From: Firmicutes bacterium UBA4981 | GTDB lineage: Bacteria; Bacillota; SHA-98; UBA4971 | DNA: 42,970 nt | NCBI GenBank assembly: GCA_002398515.1 | Contig: DGZL01000138.1 | Span: forward strand, 12,302-55,271 | Direction of reading: 5' to 3' | In this document: piece after piece, positions 42,160-42,970 of the stretch | Position numbering within the stretch: position 1 is the first letter of the stretch | Layout of the letters: each line of letters starts with the position of its first letter | Notes under the pieces: model-generated | What the model was told of the DNA's origin: nothing | Database searches by the model: none | What the model saw: only the letters and a program-made list of their open reading frames with translations | Made by a program: the position numbers and the translations under genes

Positions 42160-42933
42160 ATGCGAATACTGGTCACTAACGATGACGGAATCCTCGCTGA
42201 CGGGATAAGCATATTAGCACAGGAACTCATGAAACTCGGCGAAGTCAAGGTAGTAGCCCCGGACAGAGAAAGAAGCGCCACTGGGCACGCCATTACGGTG
42301 CTTAGGCCGCTCAGGATACAAGACATCGAGCTCCCCGACTCCGGAATTCAAGCATGGGCTGTTGACGGCACTCCTTCAGACTGTGTCAAGTTGGCTATTG
42401 AGGATCTACTGGAATGGAAGCCTGATGTAGTAGTTTCCGGGATTAATCGTGGGCCGAACCTGGGGACTGACGTGCTATATTCAGGAACTGTGTCTGCTGC
42501 AATTGAAGGCGCAATATACGGAATTGCTTCAGTGGCGATATCTGTGGCTGCCTTTGACAACTGCAATTATCCTATGGCAGCCGAGTTCGGCAAACAACTT
42601 GTTTCAATAGTGGCTAAGAGGGGGCTGCCTCCAAAGACGCTTCTGAACGTCAATGTTCCGTCTGTGGAGAAAAGGGACTTGGCAGGGGTATCCATTACAA
42701 AACTAGGCGCCAGGGTTTGGAAAGACGTCTTTGATAGGCGAGTCGATCCCAGGGGTAGGACATACTACTGGATGGCAGGTAACGTAGAGGAGTACGAAGG
42801 AGATCTTGATGTTGACTCTGTAGCTGTCAGGCATAACATGATTTCGATTAGCCCAATTCACCTCGATCTCACCAAATATGATTTGATTGAGCAGCTCAAG
42901 ACTTGGGACATTAAGTTTGGTGATGGATTTTGA
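42160..42933 (+). CDS. surE: 5'/3'-nucleotidase SurE
   Basis: Contains MRILVTNDDGILADGI (DDG metal motif), PDRERSATGHAIT, SGINRGPNLGTDVLYSGTVSAAIEG and ISISPIHLDLT. Confidence 0.9.
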   Translation: MRILVTNDDGILADGISILAQELMKLGEVKVVAPDRERSATGHAITVLRPLRIQDIELPDSGIQAWAVDGTPSDCVKLAIEDLLEWKPDVVVSGINRGPNLGTDVLYSGTVSAAIEGAIYGIASVAISVAAFDNCNYPMAAEFGKQLVSIVAKRGLPPKTLLNVNVPSVEKRDLAGVSITKLGARVWKDVFDRRVDPRGRTYYWMAGNVEEYEGDLDVDSVAVRHNMISISPIHLDLTKYDLIEQLKTWDIKFGDGF

Positions 42934-42970
42934 TCTCAAATCCCCGACAAGAGACATAGAATATATAGAG

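Noticed and set aside
1-42970. CRISPR arrays, tRNA/rRNA genes, IS elements, prophage or toxin-antitoxin/defence islands.
   Set aside because: No spaced direct-repeat arrays are visible. No intergenic region longer than ~340 nt exists. No transposase, integrase (other than XerD) or phage-like ORFs are present. All gaps were read and contain only the promoter and terminator elements listed.

Overview
This window is a chromosomal segment from an endospore-forming Firmicute, most likely Clostridia-like, with moderate GC content. Nearly every credible gene lies on the + strand; the clear exception is a GerM-like gene at 5038..5649. I saw no rRNA, tRNA, CRISPR array, transposase, phage block or recognisable defence system. 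Contents in order: (1) A branched-chain amino acid fermentation operon. It comprises a ptb tail, Leu dehydrogenase, butyrate kinase and a four-subunit 2-oxoacid:ferredoxin oxidoreductase. (2) A GerMN protein, DUF3866, nudF and endonuclease Q. (3) A sporulation backbone syntenic with B. subtilis: spoIIM, xerD, pdp, dacF, spoIIAA-spoIIAB-sigF, spoVAC-AD-AE, then lysA. (4) An M50 protease, trpS, scpA-scpB, ytfI/ytfJ-like genes, ktrA, rluB, a flavoprotein, cmk, plsC and an IspH-S1 fusion. (5) DUF1614, spoIIP, DUF3189, a PrsA-like PPIase, der, plsY, gpsA, a zinc-ribbon membrane protein, a HEAT-repeat protein, mgtC and surE. Two things are inserted relative to the conserved backbone. One is a dodecin-like gene at the head of the spoVA genes. 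The other, and the best candidate for an undescribed system, is a tightly packed three-gene module at 17448..20566. It encodes two paralogous DUF2229-type subunits plus a BcrAD/BadFG-type ATP-dependent electron 'activase'. It occupies the slot between spoVAE and lysA where Bacillus has spoVAF. Other points worth a second look are a promoter-plus-terminator unit in the lysA leader (attenuator or small RNA), a DUF3866/nudF/endoQ neighbourhood, a Cys4 motif in TrpRS, and a long acidic repeat linker in IspH-S1. All functional calls come from reading the translated ORFs against remembered family motifs and gene order. No database search was run.
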